Shown here: positions 61,049 through 64,000 of the stretch, piece after piece
Position numbering within the stretch: the first letter of the stretch is position 1
How the letters are laid out: the number at the start of each line of letters is the position of its first letter
Notes under the pieces: generated by a model
Databases searched by the model: none
Seen by the model: only the letters and a program-made list of their open reading frames with translations
Told to the model about the DNA's origin: nothing
Source of the DNA: Geosiphon pyriformis uo1
Lineage: Eukaryota; Fungi; Glomeromycota
Direction of reading: 5' to 3'
Assembly (NCBI GenBank): GCA_016748015.1
Contig: JAAOMT010000128.1
Span: 2,363,538-2,427,537 of the forward strand
DNA: 64,000 nucleotides
Made by a program: the position numbers and the translations under genes

Positions 61049-64000
61049 CATAAAATTATTTTATAATTCCTATCATTAATTAGCATATATTATCGTTTCA
61101 AATGATCACTTATTACATTAGCAAAAATGTCTGAAATTATCATTTAATTAATAACCCAAATTGTACACAACACAAATATAACCTAATTGCAATGATCAAT
61201 CATGCAATACCCCAAACTATATAACATTCAGAGTTCGCCGAAATTTGTAGAAATTTGCCGAAATAATTGATAGTTCACCAAAATATCTAATAGTTTGCTG
61301 AAATAACTTGTAGTTCACCGAAATGTATCTTTAGTTCAGCGAAATTGTAGAAAATAGCAAAGTTCAAGTTCATAGAATAGTGTTACAACAAGTTGTATAA
61401 AAGAAGAGCTTCTCTCTTCGAGAAAATATATCTTACTTTAGATTTATCTCTTAAAAACTGTTCCTATATACACAAAAAGAAATAAATATCAAATAATTCG
61501 AAAAACCAAATTCTTTAAATTATTGCACTTGAAAAATCTTCAAAAACCCAACTAACATTTCGAAATTGATTAGCTACCAATTTCAGTAAACTGTTAGTGA
61601 CTCCAGGCCTGGATAGAAAATGTTTCCCTTGATAAAATCCTATTTCTTTTACATTTCTTTTATTTTCTTTTTTTTTCTTATTACAATCATTAGGGTAGCC
61701 TACAGATGAGATTCCTGTAGAAGAGTTGACTTTCACAGCAAAAGTAACTACACATTTTTAGTGAGCTTCCAGACAAGCAATTGCTGGAAAAGAGTTGACG
61801 TTTACTACAATGTAACTACATAAAGCAACTGGCATGGAATTGGCCATTCCACTTATAAGCCCAGCAAGTTCAAATTATAGGAGATAATTTGAAGTTAAAA
61901 ATTCAGTTACTGGAGGTTCAACCACATCCAGAAAACGTGAATTTACAGCAAATAAGTATCAACAACATTACAAAAAAGAGACCAAAAACCTCTGGTAACA
62001 TTGCCAATTGCTTTAAACACCAAGTTACAGATTTGTTATTTGATTCAACACCCCAAATAGTCACCTATAACAATGCTAAGAAAGAAATTTGATGGAATTG
62101 CAATTTTGAGAGGCTACTAAAACAATTATTGAATCTCTGTCTATTATACAAAGAACTTTACAATAAAATTTTCAGATACCAACACCTATATACTAATTGA
62201 GCACCAAGTTACAGATTTGTTATTTGCTTTAAGACTCCAAATAATTATCTGTAACAACATTTTAAGAAGAAAACTTATTTAAGCACCAGTATTAATCTAT
62301 TCAGATTACAGCAAGCCATTTATCATTACTACCAATGTATTTGGTCAAGTATTGAGAGCTGTATTGTCACAAAAAAGAGCAAATAGACAAAAAAATCCAG
62401 TAGCATATGCCAAGAGAAGTTTAAGTCCAGTTGAAAAAAACTATAAAACTCTAGCATTAAAACATTTAGCTATTTATTAAACTATTATCAAATAGAAAAA
62501 ATACTTTAACCAAAAGTTTGATGTATATATTGATCACAAAGAATTGATATTTATTCAGAAACAAGAATTTAAAAACAATTGTCATGCAAGATAGAAAATA
62601 AAATTATCACTATTTAATTATACTATACATTATAAAAAGAGAAAAAAAATAGAAATACTGACAGTTTATTGTGAATATAACAAATCTAAAAACATTTTAA
62701 CCCAAAAATATAACAAAAGATAAACACACAAAAATATTAAAACTATTTTAGGTCATAAATTAACAATAATTAAACATAGAAATTGTTATTAATCATCAAA
62801 CAATTTGCTATTGAAACACCAAAAAAGAAAAAAAAGCAAGAAGCATTCCATATTAGTGACTACAGAATCAAACAAAGTACTGATTAGACAAAGTCATAAA
62901 AAAAGTAAAAAACACTTTTGGAAAAATACCACAAATAAGCCCAACAGAAAAGTTAATCAAAGAAAACTAAAAGCTATAAATGAAACAACTTCTAATATTA
63001 TACTGTTATTACTAATTGAAACAAAAACTGAATATTCAGAAATTATATATTAACAAATCCAAAAAAATATTCAATCAAAAAATAATACAACAGATTGAAG
63101 ATTTTATTGGAAAGAAAACAGACTATACATCAAAACAATTTACCAACTACACACTATATTTTAAAACTATTCAGAAATATTACTATACTAAAAAATTGAA
63201 ACAATAACTGTTAACCAGTGAAAAAAATGAACAACTCTCAATGTGAAAAAATAAGAAACAAAATTGAACAAACAATATTAGAAAAAAAGTAATAAACTTA
63301 ATCCAAAATAAAAATTTTAACAAAGCTCAATATTAAAAAAAACGAATAATATTACTCATAGAAAAATACAAAAAAAAAGTAGAAAAAACAATTAGAAAAA
63401 ATAGACCAATAGGAGAATAGTATTTAGCAAGTAAGCACAATATCAGAAATTATAACATATTGTTCAGCAATATGCATATTGTGAATAAATTATGACATAC
63501 TGTTTAGCAATAAAAGTATTGTCAAAAAATCATAGCACATTACTCAGCAATGAGAACATTGTCAGAAAAAATAGAGCATATTGCTTAAGAAAATATGAGA
63601 TCTTATATAACAAAAATTATGTATATATAGCAAGAGTATTAGAAGCAAAAAAGACAAAATCAATACTAACAATCAATTAATTATTCAATACTCTTTTCTT
63701 TAAATAGTAATTTTTTACAACTTGAAACAGAATCAAATTACATATTAATAAAATATTTATTATTATTTGAATTCATGTTATCATTACTTAATTAAGAAAT
63801 ATTAATCACTTTTACTTTATCAACACTCTATGTTAATAAAATTCAACACTTAACCATATTAGATCAATAGTTCTTAATCATAGCTATTAATAAAATACTA
63901 ATTTCTTAATTTTTTATTTTTTTTTATTATTATTTACTAATTAATTAAAAAAATTAAATACTAAGTTATTGATATCAAAAAAAACAGGTAAAAAATCTGT

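Larger units (their letters stand above)
52808..62000 (+). mobile_element. Gypsy element 'E2' (least decayed; internal deletion of about 1.1 kb removes the Cys-rich region and most of dUTPase)
   Basis: LTRs 52808-54202 (inflated by the gap duplication) and 61017-62000. PBS at 54205. TSD TCAC/TTGC. Knuckle CHYCGISGHWKRDC, YLDD, IN ATG at 58825, ORF3 60329-61048. Confidence 0.95.
51885..62072 (+). mobile_element. Solo LTR 'G' (51885-52807 plus 62001-62072) inserted in the B 3' LTR and itself split by E2
   Basis: TGTTAC...ATAACA ends, TSD ACAC/ATGC, GGATTCCAGGAATT U3 repeats at 51955-52090. Downstream part resembles C/D LTRs. Confidence 0.85.
29663..62256 (+). mobile_element. Gypsy element 'B' inserted in element C RT; only parts survive (5' LTR 29663-30175; ORF3 50692-51363; 3' LTR 51364-51884 plus 62073-62256)
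   Basis: 29663-30175 aligns to 51364-51875. TSD ATAT/ACAT. Confidence 0.8.
22590..64000 (+). mobile_element. Old Gypsy element 'C' split by nested insertions: 22590-29662 plus 62257-64000
   Basis: 5' LTR 22590-23519 then PBS TGGTGCT. Gag, PR (about 26380), Cys-rich region, dUTPase (about 27840-28265) and RT up to 29662. The RT-RH frame resumes at 62257 (AFN|ILRRKLI.APVLIY.DYSKPF). IN mostly deleted near 62745. ORF3, then 3' LTR from 63350. Confidence 0.85.

Overview
AT-rich, intron-rich fungal genomic DNA. The short-intron style, U12 introns and TE proteins suggest a Glomeromycotina fungus, resembling Geosiphon/AM fungi (from recall, not a search). There is one intact host gene, the DNA polymerase delta catalytic subunit (15793-20781, 27 exons), with two AT-AC minor-spliceosome introns and one GC-AG intron. 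There is also one broken PD-(D/E)xK nuclease-like gene. Almost everything else is decayed LINEs plus a deeply nested pile of Ty3/Gypsy LTR retrotransposons and solo LTRs, here labelled A-G, which I reconstructed from LTR ends and 4-bp TSDs. The LTR elements share an unusual design: gag-PR-[Cys-rich domain]-[dUTPase]-RT-RNaseH ends in a stop, integrase is a separate ORF behind a short A/C-rich spacer, and a third non-env ORF runs up to or into the PPT/3' LTR. Most of their target sites reconstruct to a CpG-centred 4-mer. The E-family LTR carries a tandemly duplicated, covarying two-hairpin module. The repeats show strong C>T/G>A decay, while the two gene islands keep their CpGs. All coordinates were read by eye and may be off by a few bases.
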